A stretch of DNA of 64,000 bases from the human T2T-CHM13v2.0 reference genome, Homo sapiens. Both the position numbers and the translations under genes were made by a program. The stretch lies in assembly GCF_009914755.1 (NCBI RefSeq), contig NC_060928.1, one strand, 5' to 3'. Below are positions 1 to 15,583 of this stretch, piece after piece; within the stretch, counting starts at the first letter, position 1, and each line of letters opens with the position of its first letter. The notes under the pieces are model-generated. The model was not told the origin of the DNA and did not search any database. It was given only the letters and a program-made list of their open reading frames with translations.

Positions 1-43
1 GGTCTCGAGCTCCCAACCTCAGGTGATCCACCTGCCTCAGCCT
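1..43 (-). mobile_element. Alu fragment (window edge; 5'-truncated)
   Basis: GGTCTCGAGCTCCCAACCTCAGGTGATCCACCTGCCTCAGCCT is the reverse-strand Alu left arm. Confidence 0.85.
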
Positions 44-324
44 AGTAATTACTATTTTTATTTTACCATCTTCTTTTCCATACATTGAAAGCAGCCATTA
101 GCATAAATAATTGTGCTAAACTTTTCTTGAGCTGCTTCAGTTTCTTTGTGGACATAGAAAAAGCTCTCCTCTCTCCCCATCTCTTAATCCATGATGTCAC
201 TTCTCAGCTTACATGTCAACTGAGTTAATTTCTGAGGAGTGTCTAGCTCTAGCGATGTTGAAAATATATTCTCCCACCAATGTTGAAAATATATTCTCCC
301 ACCCGTGATTTCATGGTCTAAAGT

Positions 325-940
<616 letters not shown>

Positions 941-1589
941 GTCTAAAACATTGACAGAGTGGGCCTATTGCTTCTGAAGTTGCTTGCTTCTACAGTGTTA
1001 TATTTTTCTCTATACACTATCTCTGCAAATGATATTGTTCTCTGTCTTAGATGCTGACTTGTTTGCTGCTGTTAATCACTCCACCTCTATTACTCAACCT
1101 GTTATTATTATCATCTTTATTATCTACTGTGCATAGTTCATATACATTGCTTATTTAATCTTGACAGCTGTCCAAATGGTATAACTAAGTAAAACAACAC
1201 AGAGTGTTAAAGAATTTGCCCAAGATTATACAATTCTTAAGTGGCAGTTACAAAATTTAAACCTATTTCAGCATTGTACCAGTTCTCTTGAAAACACATA
1301 TTGTCTCCGTGTCTTCTCCCAATAATTATATTCTTTTCCAAGGTTTCCCTTCATATATAGCTACCTATGATTACTTTTTTTTTTCATTTTCAATGCTTAC
1401 CACCATCTTTGCAGCTGGATTCTAGTAATTCTTACCTAATTCTATTGTCACTTTGTAACTGAGTATTGGCTTTCTAATAATCACATATGAGATGAAAGAA
1501 TTAAGCACTTTAAATTTATTAATTTAAATCTTAAAATGGACACTAATAAAAGTGAATTAGTAACAATAATAGTGGCAAATATTTTTGAG

Positions 1590-1795
1590 CCAGAATCAGG
1601 ACTGAGTTTTTCCATGTTTTAAGCTTCAATATTTCTATGAAATGAATAGTGTTATTATTTACATTGTGTAGTTTTTTTAAAAAACTAGGTCATAGGGAAG
1701 CTGCCAGTCTACCTAAGGTTGCAGAGCTAATAAGAAGTGGCAGAGCTAGAATTTGAACTCAGGCAATCTCACTCAAAAGCATATAGTTTAACTAT
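1590..1795 (-). mobile_element. MIR
   Basis: MIR core-like AGAGCTAATAAGAAGTGGCAGAGCTAGAATTTGAACTCAGGCAATCT. Confidence 0.65.
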
Positions 1796-1825
1796 TGAAC
1801 TAAGAAAGAATAATAATAATGGAAA

Positions 1826-1892
1826 AAAGGAAGGAAGGAATGAAGGGCCGAAGGAAGGAAAGAAGGCATACAGGAAGGAAGGAGGGGGGAAA
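1826..1892 (+). repeat. Interrupted (GGAA)n purine-rich tract
   Basis: Direct reading of the sequence. Confidence 0.8.
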
Positions 1893-3943
1893 GAATCTGA
1901 AAGCTGTGATGAAGGGGAAAATTCATTGGAAATTAAGAGATCTAAATTATAGATGAGACTCTGTTTTTGAGCAGCTGTATGAATTTAGGCAAGTCACTTC
2001 AGCTTCTTTCATCCCCTCCTTTTTTGCCATTTGTCATCTGTAAACTGAAGCCTTGTAGCTAGGTGATCATGATATCCTCTAGTTCTATGATCCTATTTTA
2101 AAAAAGCCGTCTTCTTTTCTTCTCCCCCTTCCTGACAGAAGAGCACTTCTGAGACCTCAAACTTTATTATATAAGCCCTCTTTGATTATTTAAAATCTGT
2201 ACCCTTTAAGTGAAATCAAAGACTGTCAAAACAGATATTTTATGTCTAGCATGGATTGAAGTGCATGATTCCCTGCAGAATGCAAGGGTTACAAAACAGT
2301 AATCAGTTGAGACGAGGATTCTTTGAGATGAGTAAGCATATTACACAGCAGAATTATAATCAGCAGTGGCTAGGCTCTTTTACAACAGAGTCAAAAACAG
2401 AATGAAAGAGGCCCTGAGCATGCAGGCACAGAAAAGGATTCCATGTTACTGACAGGAACTTTAGCCTTGCTCCCACCTCAGCAGCATCTTCCTTCTGATT
2501 GAAGGGACCCTTAGGTGCCCTTGCCTCTGGTTCTGAATGGAGGCTTTCCCACTGCCAATACAGGTTATGAAGGGTAATGGCAGGTAATCAAGCAGAATCT
2601 ATCAATTGTTAATGCCTGATAAATAATAAAACCTCCCCAGGTTTGTTCCTTTTTCTGCATGAAGAGTAAACAGCATCCCTGATGTTCTGGAATTCTTTGT
2701 AGTATTCTTACTCTTATTCTTTTCCTTTCTTTTGAAAATCACATTTTATTGATTTAATAGATTAAAAAAAACTCCCATGACGTACACTTCATATCACTTT
2801 ATACAAGATGAATTAAAAACAGTGAAGAACATACAAAACCAATATCTTAAGTCCAATGACGTTTAGTGTGTATAATCTATATACTGAGATACACATATCA
2901 AAGATATATCTATGAGATAAGTTCTGAATAATGACTTATAATTAGAAATATTAAAATGAATATCTTATATTGGTATAATACTTTATAGCTCATAAATTAC
3001 TTTCATGTGTTTCTTAGCAAAAAATTGTTTGTATTCTAATTAAATTGTAACTTAATATGATTCCTTTATAAAATTATATAAATTAGTTACATAATTATGA
3101 TTCCTGCATCATAACAGAGAAGAGTGAAATTCAGAGCATGAAGTCATGGTTGTGAGGAAATATAACTATTATGTTTCAGGACAAGAACCTGAAGGTAAAG
3201 ATTTGTATGACAGTCCCAGTGCTCTTTCCCTTCAGCCACAGCTGCCTCAGAGGAAGAATAACTCCAGAGCACCAGACCTTCTGAGTCCTCCTGTTCCTAT
3301 CAAATTAACTACCCTCCATTTACCTCAGAGTAACTCTAGACCAGGCAATTCAGGGCCATAGGATAGGCCTTCCATCAGACTTCAAGTTATTTCCTAATTA
3401 GAACCTCCCCCTCTGTTTATGTCCTGAAGAGGAAAGGTAGGACAAATCATTTGATTTCACAAAATTAAAACTCTCAGAACAAACAAAATAAAGTTTGTGT
3501 GACCACGGGGAAATAAAAGACAGATACAGGGAGGAGACACAGTAATATGACAGAATTTGGTGCACAGAAATATAGAACACAAAACCAAATAGATAATGAT
3601 CTGGACAGATAAAAACATGAACAGATAGTGCATAGAGTTCTGCCTAAAGATTTGTTCTTCGTTATTATTTAAGATAATTAAAAAAAAGAATTCTTCTTTT
3701 AGATCATTTTAACACAGTTTACAAAAATGGTAACATTTTATTGTGTCTTAATATGATGGAGTTGTATCTCATTAAATATTTTTAATGTGGCAAATCCTTA
3801 ATAGAAAGTAGTATCATGTACAATAAGCCAATGGATTTTAATATATATAACATCAAGATAACACTATAAGAAAGAGTGAAATGAAGGATAAGTTCAAAAA
3901 TAGTAATGTGTCTGTAATAAAGACTTTGTAAACAAATTTGGGA

Positions 3944-4078
3944 TAGGTTTTTAGATAAAATGACAGGATACCCACTAGTATGTGAATTTCAGATAAAAAA
4001 CAAATAGGTTTTAGTATAACTATGTCCCAAACATTGTGCTTAAATATTTGCCAATATTTGCTAAATTTGGCCATCCTA
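3944..4078. mobile_element. MER53 hAT MITE with one palindromic arm largely deleted
   Basis: GATAAAATGACAGGATACCCAC...GAATTTCAGATAAAAAAC...TATGTCCCA, with terminal TTTGCTAAATTTGGCCATCCTA. Confidence 0.65.
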
Positions 4079-7000
4079 ACTGAGCTGGTATCTCTAGGAA
4101 ATGCCAATAGAAGCTAGCTTTGCCAGCTCAATGAGTGAGCTGGGTAGTACTTTCTCCCCACTCAAAAAGGCTAATCCATCATTGAGAGATTTATGATTAT
4201 GACATTTAAGACAATTTTAACCTGGTCAGTTCCAGGAAGTATTGCAAACAGATTTTTATTTGGCCTGAATGTGCTCCCCATGAGCTAAGGGGAAAAAAAT
4301 TAGAAAAAAAAATCTGAGCCACTCTTGTGCACTAAATACTGTACAAAGAGGTTTACGTTTATTATATTGTCTCTGTCTGTTGATTATATTGTCTCAATCT
4401 TTATAACACAACTTTAGGAAAGGTATGCCTAAGCCATTCTACTGATGAGGAAAATGAGGTTCAAAGAGAACATTTATTCTTCAAAGTGCAAAACAGGGAC
4501 ACGAACCTGTTTCCTGCGTTCATTTCTCCCATCAGTTCATTTTCTGTAAGCAATTTGGGAGTTTGTTGAGACGTTTTGGCCAAAGTCAGAGACTAATCCA
4601 CAGCAAAACACCCTCAGAGCCAAAGAAACCACAACTCTGAGTAACAGGCTGTGGTATCTGTCGTGTCATCTAAAAGATACTGAAATTTCTTGGATCATTG
4701 TAGTCAGTGGTCATAGAACACAGAAGCAGGCAAAGCCTCAGATGGCCAAAGCTGGAGGAGATATCTATTCACTTCTATGCATGTGCTTCCCTTGATAATG
4801 AGAAATGGTTTATCATGTCATTTTAAGTCAACATTAAAATACTTTGGTCACTGGAAATATATGCATCCAATATAACTATTTTACTTTTTTAAACCAGTGT
4901 GCCACAGTGGTTACAATAATTCTTTCAAGTCTTTTAATTAAAAACTTTTTACCCTAACCCTTGAAAAAGGACTTGTATTTATTTTTGTCAGAAATCCATG
5001 AAAAAGTAATCTCATAAATTTACTAGAAATGATACAGATCTTATTATTTGTCAACTGGCCGTAACTACACCGTACATAACAACTTACAGCTAACGATATT
5101 GCAGTCAGAAATGTAAAGGAAGAATTGTCACAGTTATATTCCTGTAGAATCTAGTTAACTTCTAGCTAGGGACACATAAATTGAACAGAATGAAGCAGTT
5201 AGTGAGATACTATTCACAACTAAGCAGACGGAGTTATTTTTCCCAAAATAATATCAATTAACTGAGAGAATTATTCTTTATTTTAAAAACAAATAGGTGG
5301 AAGCTGGAAGCAGGGATTAGCTTTTTCGTGTTAGCAGTTTCAACTGCAGGCATTACATAGAGCCCATTCCTATGACTTAGAAAGGACCACACATTCTTAA
5401 AAATTACAGATTCACTCATCTTCCAGAAAAAAAGTCATGCAACCCAGCTCCAGCTTTGCGAATTATCTAACCATAGATGCATCTATAAAGGATAGATCGC
5501 TGTCCATTCCTTATTAAATTTACTAGAAATGAAGACACATCTATATCTCTCTAGTTATTAGCTATCTCAATGGCTTAACACCATAGTAAAGAAAATCAGA
5601 ATCTTTAAAATTAAGAAGTTTGTATGTAGCAGATAACAGTTGCTCACCTTCTTATAAAAATCATTAGAGATGATGGCGTACACAGCTTTTTATTTCTAGA
5701 TTCCAGACTTCCATCTACTTCATTCATTCATCCATTCATTCATTCATGCATACATCTAGTTATATGTTCATTTAGGCAATTAACATTTATTTGGCAACTA
5801 CCCTATATGCAGGCCTAACTTTAGATGCTAGAGAATACAAGCAATTATAAACAAGTTTCTGGTCTCAAGAACCTTCAAATTTTGTCATATGGATTAAAAA
5901 AATGGTGTATGTAAAATATTAAGCAATAATACAATCAATTAGATGACACACAAAAAAGTATATGATTAAATGCTAAGTAAGTAAAACATACAAATAATGG
6001 GTCTATAAGAGAGAGAAATTCAGGTCATGGAAAAGGAAGAAGAAACTGGATGGGTAGTACCTAAATTGGGGAGAATGCTAAAGGCATTTTAGGAAGGTTA
6101 ACAGATGGAGTCAAGACTGAACATGGAAAAGAGATGAACCTTTGGTGGCTCACTGGGAGTGGAATGGCCTAGAACTCCTTTAGCCATTGTAAGCTTCAGT
6201 CATTCTGAAGTACTTTTCATTCCACAAGCATATATTTCTTTTCTCTCTCCTATGCCTTTGCTCGTGCTGCCTTCTGCATCTGAAATGATTTCATTCCTCA
6301 AGCTCTCCATTTCTCAACCCTACCCATTTTTTCAATTTACCATTAACATGCCAATTACTCTATGCAACTTCTTGCTCACTCTAGCTGGAATGTAAGTCAT
6401 TTATATTCAAAGAGTGAATTATCAAACTCATGACACTTTTTAGTATGATTGTTACCTTGTACATATTGTAAATACCTACAGCATTTAAGATATGGCCTTG
6501 CACATATTAAGCATTCTATTACTTGAGTTTTCAAAAATTTCAGATATGTAGAGGAAAATACTATGGCAAGTTAATATAAATAACCAGAAAAGGAGAGAAA
6601 TGTAGAAGGGCAAAAGTAAAAATAAAAATTCACCGAGATTCATGTATGTATATTCTTATTTTTGAACCTGGATAATAAAATGCCACAGCAAGTCATTTAG
6701 TGAATCTTTTTCATTAGTTTAAAATTTGACTAATCCTTGACATTTCTTCATTCATTTTTCATGGGCTTTTCTACTCAATTATAGAAGACATAATTGCTAA
6801 TATTATATAAACTGAGCCAATACAGCTCTCAGGAGAGATCTATAGAAAATGTATCCCCTTTTTAGCCTCTTTACTCATTTATCTGTTCACTACTGCTTAT
6901 AGTGAGATCAATTACTGTAATATCCAAAGGCACATTAAAGAACCGAGCAAGAATTGATTACCAGTGTGACCAGAGGATAAAGATTCTCAGCTGTACTTTG

Positions 7001-8379
7001 CAAAATGGCTCACCTGAAGATGGAATGAGTATCTTCTTATTTGCTTTCTTCTATGTTCTTAAACTAATTCTTCTATAACCATCTCATCCACCCATCCTTC
7101 ACCCACCACCACTGCTCCACATTTTAAAATACCAGGTCAGAGTAAATCCTCTTTTTGAGTCTTCAATTGAATAAAACATTAATCATTTCTATAACTCAGC
7201 CAGGCGACTTTAGAAAAAAAAATATCCCTATTGTTTTCATAGCACATTAGAATGAAGGAGCGGGGATGTCTACTTCTGGCATCATATTTTTCTCCATCCC
7301 TTTGTCTCAGTCAGTGAGAGGTGCAGGCAGTCAATAAGTAGTCCATTCCCTCTGAGACACCAGATGCTGTATGCCATCTGTCCAAGTTAGATATTAAACA
7401 TAAGGATAACCTTGCTTAGGTTTCACCAAAGAGATTACTTGAGAGTAATCAAATTCAAAGTCTATGTTTAGGCACTGGATTAAATATTCAAAATAATTAG
7501 ACCACTATATTTTTTAAAAAATAAGCCCTTGGAGAGTAAGTTTGGAGAGCAAATCTGTCCTCCTCATGCAGAAAGCTTAGGGGAATTCATCACGCCTTGT
7601 GCTCTCATGGTCCCACTGCCAGATCCACCAACCACCAGCCTCTGCAGCCACACCACCTGCCTTCTCCCCTGTAAAGATCCCTCTGGGATCCCATCCTCTA
7701 TCATCTCTCCTTGCTCTATTGTGGTCCTGCAACATCAGCAGGACCTGAGCAGAGCCTCAGACCCCCACCCCCACTCCCGCCATGAACCTACTAAATCAAC
7801 TAGGTCCCCAAGTGATTCATTCATACAGTAAAACATGAGAAGCCTGGCTCTGGTGTTCATGGAAGCTTTGTTATTCAATACTAACCTTTTTCTCCAAAGG
7901 AATCTACACACAAAGATGTGATTCTGGTAACTTAATTGTTAGCTATAAAGGTGAGAATGCAAGTTACTTATATGATTCTATTCATAAAACAGTATGTACA
8001 AGCAAATTTCCATGCAAGAAACTTGAGAAAACTAGAGGAAAACACTATAGAAAAAGAAAGTTTATTTTATTTTTAACTTATTAAAACCTTGTGTATCAAA
8101 GCATTGAGTGAATGAATTATACCTATTCCTAAATACAGGGCTAGGACACATTGCTTTGTGCTATTCTTTGAGTTTCTATGGCCCTCAAGGAATGTGTTTT
8201 TTCCTTCAAAGGATTCAATCATGTATGTGTTTTCAATGAACTTCAAATAATTGATATTTTGTTTTTAGGCCTCATCTATCCATGGTTGACATAATGTCCT
8301 TTTGTGTTTTACATGAAATTCAGTCTCACACACATAATACAATTGTAATAATATAAAAATTCCTTATAGGAGCATCACA

Positions 8380-8550
8380 TAATCACATTACCGTCTAGTT
8401 CTTACAGCTCTGTGATGCAGGTAACATCACAATCCCCATTCTCCAGGGAAGGGGACGAGGCTCTGAGAAGTCTGATGACCAAACCAAGGTCATGAAGCCA
8501 GTAAGTAACTAAGAAACCCTATACATAAAGCCAGTTTTGTTGATTCCAAC
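8380..8550 (-). mobile_element. MIR
   Basis: ATCCCCATTCTCCAGGGAAGGGGACGAGGCTCTGAGAAG...CCAAGGTCA core. Confidence 0.55.
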
Positions 8551-8793
8551 TCAATACATAAATGTAATTTTTTTCCTACCAAGTCAGATAGAATCTGGTA
8601 AAAGAGAAGCTTCTTTTACAGGATCTGTATTTCACAAATTTTTGCTTTTGGTCTATAATAATAACAATAATATTACTCAGCACTTGAAAATTTACACCTG
8701 AAATTTCCATCTGCAATATATTTGATAAAAATGTGCGGGAGTGGGTGCTTTCATTTTAAGTGGGTTGAGAATTAGCCCTGTTAATAATTTCTT

Positions 8794-9250
<457 letters not shown>

Positions 9251-10369
9251 CTAAGGAAAACAATAAAGTATGGGACAGTCTCGGGATTATAAATATTCAG
9301 TTGCTGGCTTTTTCTTTAAAAGCAAAATGTATGAAATTTATAACCATAAGTAAGCTCTAGGTTTACTTAGAGAAACTCAATGTGTATGGCCTGTCTTAAC
9401 TATTTTCCTTAAAGTCATTTTGGTATTTGATATTTAAAGTGAACGGCAAATGTGTTCCTAGGAATAGAATACATTTAAATACTATTTCCTAGATACCTTT
9501 TGTCCTTGTATTCACCTGGCTTTAAGAATTACTTACAAAATTACACAATTTGATTAAAAATTAATATGACTGCTGTAGTCCACCAAAGTGGAAAAAACTC
9601 ATAAATAATGCACATGGCAAACTGTCTAAGGAATAACCACTAAGTTAAATTTACGGTAAATTATTAACAACCTAGGTAGCATATGTGATTGCTACTTTGC
9701 CCAAGTTTGGAATGTTTCTTTTATGAATTTGGAAGCAGTTTCCTTCACATAATCTGAGGTGAGAAACCAAAACCTATGGTAGCAAATTGGAGGTTGTAAA
9801 TGTACCAATTTATGGTAGTAAATTGAGCAAGGTGATGTGCGTAGCAAGTGGTAGTGCTGACTGGAAAGATTGCTCAGGTTTTCTTCTTGAGAAGAGGAGG
9901 AAGTTGTCACCATTTGTGTTGCTTGGACCTCCACTTAAAGAGCTAAAAATTCACCTTCTGAACAACCCAAAAATCCCCCTTATTTCAATATTCCGCCCAT
10001 AATGTTTATAGAGAGATGGCATATATTCCTTCACTAGACATATCATGCTAAATGAAAATGCACTTTTAGTAAGAAGGCTGTTTATTTCTTAGGTCTGTGC
10101 TCCAGCCTCTGGCACTCCTGCTCCACAACTCTGTGCAGGCCACTCTGTCAAACACTTCACTATGGAAATGGCTCTCCCCAGTGGATGATTGGTATACCAT
10201 ACTTGGATCTGTGTGGTGAACTTTCCCCTTATGGAGAGTACCCATGATTCTAGTGAGAATCCTAAGCTGCTCCCTTCTTAAAAGGCATTGCTTTTTATAT
10301 TTAACTTATTTGTGCCTGTGTCTTGTTTACCTGCCAAAGACAGACATCCTTGTCTCTCTGTGCAAGTAT

Positions 10370-10539
10370 CAGTGTGCACATCTCATTTTTTCCCAACTCC
10401 CTACTCAGTGACATCATAATGGTAACCCAAAGTCAGCCACAATGGGAGTATTTACACCACAGAAATTAGCTCACACTACCAATTAGAATATTTTGTTTTC
10501 CAGAGAGCCAATTGTTAAACATGTCCCAGTATGCTAGTG
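10370..10539. mobile_element. MER63-like hAT MITE
   Basis: CAGTGACATCA...TGGGAGTATTTACACCACAGAAATT...GAGAGCCAATTGTTAAACAT. Confidence 0.65.
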
Positions 10540-13539
10540 TTAGAAGTTATATATGCTTGTGTTAGAAGTTATATATCCCCACCCCTGACACCTAGAACTC
10601 TTCATTCTACTTACTCTTTACTAATCTGGAACCAGGATGAGATTATAGCTGAAGTAGTTTGGACTATTTATGTTCATTGGTAATAGAGTTATTATTAATA
10701 TGAAAAAGGTAGACTGTACAATATAGTGAAAGTAGAATTGGATACGGAGTTAAAATACTTCGCTATTATTTAAATTTCTGTTTCCAAGCAAACTTGGACA
10801 AGCCATTTAACTTTCTCCACATCAATAAAATGGAAAGTATAAAGCTTAGCCCAACTACATCAGAGGATTATTATATGACTTAAAAGAAGTCTGACATCTA
10901 TGAAAACATTTTGAAAAGTAAAATTTTAATATGAAAAACGTTTTGAAAATTTGAATATCAAATTGCATTCTTTTTTTGACACTTCAACATTTTCAAGAAT
11001 TTCACATATCTTATCATGACTCTGATATGAAGACAGATATTATTATTGCAATTCACATACTGCCAGCAAGGGACAAGATCTTCTAAGTTCTTAGTGCTTT
11101 TTCTGTGGGGTATGTGCCCAGTGGTAACAGCCACTCACTCAACTGCTGATGCTTCTTGCCCTGTCTCTGTATTCGTCAACATGTTAACCACGCCAAATAT
11201 TTAACAGTGTCCTAGAAATAAAGAAAACTGTATGAAGCCATCCCAAGTAGAGCATATGTACCTTCAAGTTCATAACATTTTCTACATAGTGTTTTTAGTG
11301 TTAAAGAAAATTAGATGATAATGTATCCAGACAACATGTCTTTCAGCTAAAGCTCGTGATTTTTAAAAAAAAATCAAAACCAGGATATAAAGTATACAAA
11401 TATTTTAAGGTATCCAAATTTGAGGAAAAAAATTACAAATTAACTTCAGAGGTATAAGGTATATCCATAAAGAATGTCATGAGAGCTCAGACTAAGAAGT
11501 AATGTGACAAAATATAGAAATTAAAATAACAGTGATTTTCTTGTCATGAAGGAAAGTTTAGAAAAATTGTAATAAAAATCACACTTAGCCAGGAAAAAAT
11601 AACAAAAACACTCAATTCCATGGATTTAATTTATTTCATTTTTTCTGAGGAAGAATGTCAAACAGCTTGAAAATAAGCCCATAATGAAACTTTTTAAAAA
11701 GTAACTTCTTATTCTTTTGTCTTGGGGCACTACCAATTTAACCCCAAATTCTATACCTTCCAGAAAAAAAATTCTTATTCTGATATTTAAAAGACTGACT
11801 CTTTGTCTCAATTCATTTAACCAAGATTTTAGTACCTCTTATATTTATCACACTGGATCAGGCCCAGTGGGGAATATAAAAGTTAAGAAAGAAGCCATTT
11901 CTGTATCATGTCAATTTGTAATTGAGTGGTAGATTTTAATGTGCCTAATAAACATACAACAATAAAAAACAAATAAGGCAATATTCTTATGATGGCCATA
12001 AAGTGCTATGACAACTCAAAGAGTGAAATCACTTCCAGTTGCAAAAACAATGGAATTGACTCCTTTTCAGAAGAGGTCACCTGAGCACATCACATTATAG
12101 TGGATTACTCTCATGTACTTCCTTAGACGGAAAAGTGACCAAATGCACTTGAGATAACATTTCCCAATTAAAACAAGAGAAAATATTATTTGCATATCTC
12201 TCAACTAACCTGAAAATTTAACTAACCAAACCATAGCATTCCCCAAACCTTCTGGTTAACTTAATTCTACTGGAATATTCTTTAAGTACATAAGTGAATC
12301 ATTGATGTTTACTATATTAATATGTTCTTGAGAAGGGCCTGGCACTATCCCTGGTGCATATCAGAACTCTAAGAGATTTCTGTAGAGGGAGTATTATAGA
12401 AATACAATACTCTAAGAGAGATGAGATCAAAGGCACGCTCAGAAATTGGCTTGCAATACAAAACTAGTCAACATTAAAGACCAAACATTTTGTGCTGAAT
12501 AAAGGGCTGAAAACATTCAGGAACTGGAAGATCAGTGAGCACTGGAGGAGGCAGGAAAGTTTCCATGGAGGAGGACAAGATTATAGCTGAGCCTTGAAGG
12601 ATGGCTGGGGAGGGTAGAGGATGGGTATTCCCAGGTCATCACCAACATGAACAATGCTACCAAGAGTAGAACACAAAGGAAATACTCATCAAACAGCAAG
12701 AAAACATGAATATCTGGACAGAGGGTTCATGGGGAGAACCATAGGAAAGAAGATTGATAAATAAGGTTGAGAAAACCATGGGAAACTGTCACAGAAATGG
12801 CATTTACTGTGGCAGAAAGCAGTACACCTAATGATATATTTGTCAACATGGCCCTGATTAAGTATTGCACTGGGTCTTTGTTGAAAGCAGCAAGATCCAT
12901 GTCCGTCTAAAGAAGGAGTTATTTTTAAATGTTACATGACTCAGACTCTTTAGGAGTACCATAAATAATGTTACCTTAATAGCACATGGCTCTTCTAGTG
13001 AAAACACTGCTGTCATTACTGCTCATGACTCAATACCTGTGATGCTGGGGCTGGATGTCTGGAGGGCCCACAGAGATGGTCAGGCAAGGCAGATGACTCT
13101 GCCCCTAGACTTGACCAAGAACCCTGCCTCACTCCCCAAGGCCACCACTTCTTCCTCTACATCTCAGCAGGTGCATCTGATACAGAGACCTAGGTCACAT
13201 ACACTTACCATAGCTGCAAGGGAGTCTGGCAGTACTGTGATAGTCTCTCATACTCTATGATATAGAAACCAGAAAAAGACAGAATTATAGCAGAAGCTGA
13301 GCAAGACAATCTAAATTATTGTGTGCACCCAATTTGATAAAACTTTAAAAAATAAAAAGCTGTCAACCTTTACATAAAGCCTGAAATATGTGTAAATCAT
13401 TAAAAATATAGATAAGGATATGGTGAATGTAAATCTTTCCTTCAAAATTGAGAGTTGTATTCAGACATGCCTATTTAATGCAAAAAGGGGGATTTTTTTT
13501 TAGAAACAAAGGTAGCATATGTTTATTACCAATTACTTG

Positions 13540-14110
13540 TATTACTCAGAAATGTGCAGAAAAAAAGACCAAAAAAACCTTATTATTTAACTTTCAAATA
13601 ATCACTCTTAACGCTTACTCTCTTTGATGTGCATCTGCTTGCATATTTTAACTCATATTCTATAATTTGATACTCTGCATTTTCACTTTCTAATATCAAG
13701 TATTTCACAATTGTGTGACATTTTGACTATTTGCAGATTTTTGCAATTATAACTATCTCTGCAATTAAATATATATTATTAAATGTCTTAATACATTCTA
13801 GATTTTTTTTAGATAGGTGAAATTATTGGGCCAATGCAGAAAATCTCTTTAAAGTCTCTTGATAAACATTAACAAATAACTTTCCATAAAGCTTATACCA
13901 AGTTGTACTCATATCAGAGATGTATTCATTTGAAAGCACCTTTTTGGACTCAGATACTTTTATTTTTGAATTATTTTTTAATATTATGTGTGAAAATTAT
14001 ATGTCATTGTTTAAATTTGAATTTCTTGTGTTATAAGTCAGTTCAAATTATTTTTTAAACACTTTAGCAGCAAGCATTTTTTTCTTTTATGAATTACCTT
14101 TGTTTGCACT
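13540..14110 (-). mobile_element. Old L1 (L1ME-like) 3' region fragment
   Basis: Degenerate L1 ORF2-end motifs, e.g. AAATAACTTTCCATAAAGCTTATACCAAGTTGTACTCATATCAG. Confidence 0.5.
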
Positions 14111-14719
14111 CTTATTTTTTATGGGAAGTAGGAAACCTAAGAAACTCCCTCCCTTACTAATAAGTTGTATAAAAAGAAGCCAGAATATGAAACTTTTAGA
14201 TAATGAGAAAATTGCAGTATTCTGAATACATCCTGTGGTGGAAGTTAGGATTGTCTATAACACAACCCTAAAATTTTATAAGTCAAGACTTCAAGGCAAC
14301 CTCTATTTCCTTCTACAATACAGACTTTGAGACCATGCTCATTGGTAGCCTGTGAATGAGTCATGGTGATGACCCAGAATGACTCATCCAAGGCTGAAGA
14401 TCTAGCCAACCAGTCTGTGTACAAGGAGAACAGGTGAATATTAAATAAGCCAAAATTGTAATATGAAAGATTAAGCTTACATATAATGTTACGTAAGGGA
14501 TAACAACACTACAATTGGCCAAAATATGCATAAAATGGAAGAATTTATTTTTAGATAATTAAAATAGGGCAAATGGAACAGAAGAGGGTATATGACCTCA
14601 AATTCCTCCCTTCTCTAAATCAGAATGCTAATTAAGTCTCAGTGATGTCTACCTAATTTTTAAAATATATAGAATTTCAGTCCTAATGATTATTCAGCAT
14701 TAATAAATTATGTTATCTA

Positions 14720-15100
14720 TTAGGATTTGGAAGTGGAGTCTATTTCTCTTATTTCCTAATCCCACTTATCAGTAAGTTATTAATTTCTGCCTATCTGGTC
14801 TTCCAAATATCTTGCTAATCCCTGAGTTTACCCCCATTGCCCCAGCCACTGGCTTTGTCCTAATCAAGGAGACTATCAGCCTCTTCATCATCTGTACCAA
14901 CAATCTCTTCTTAACTGGCTCTCTGACTCTGCCACAGCCCTCATCAATATATTCACAACATTTTAGAGAGTGATCTTTTTAAAGCACAAATTAAATATCT
15001 CCCCACTGCCTCTTGGGCCACATATAGACACCTTAACTCACCCCAGTCTGGTTCCTCCCCAGCTTTAAAGCCTCCTCTCACTATGCTCCTTCCGCACTCA
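14720..15100 (+). mobile_element. L2 fragment
   Basis: CTTAACTGGCTCTCTGACTC...AGAGTGATCTTTTTAAAGCACAAAT, typical of the L2 3' region. Confidence 0.55.
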
Positions 15101-15583
15101 AGGCTCCACCTATGGGGGAGGTTTTTCATTTCTTCCCAGGTGTTCCTCAAAACAGCTGATTCTCTGCCTTGGGAAGCTAAGGACAGCCACTGAAAAACTG
15201 AATCCTGGTACCAACACTGGAGATTTTTGGCTTATTGTATTTGGTATGAAGCCTTGGAATCTGCATATTTTAAAGCTGATTCCACTGTGCACCCAGTTTG
15301 CTATTCTCTTTGCCTTGAATGATGAACCCTCTGTGGCTTTTAATGGAATTACTTTTTATTCAGTTATAATGTAGTGACTGTCCACTATATGCAAATCACT
15401 GTGGCAGAGATGCCTCATATGAATTCCACTATTTAAAATAATTATGACACAGACATATCATTTAACAATTCCTCTGGGAACAAAAACCTTTTCAATGAAA
15501 TTAGCCTGCGTACTGAGGGCCAAGAAGTATTGGTTTATTTGAGCAGTCAGAGAAGGTGTATCAGTAAGCAGCTGCACTATTTC

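Noticed and set aside
1826-1892. GGAA tract as an EWS-FLI1-type enhancer
   Set aside because: Too short and interrupted.
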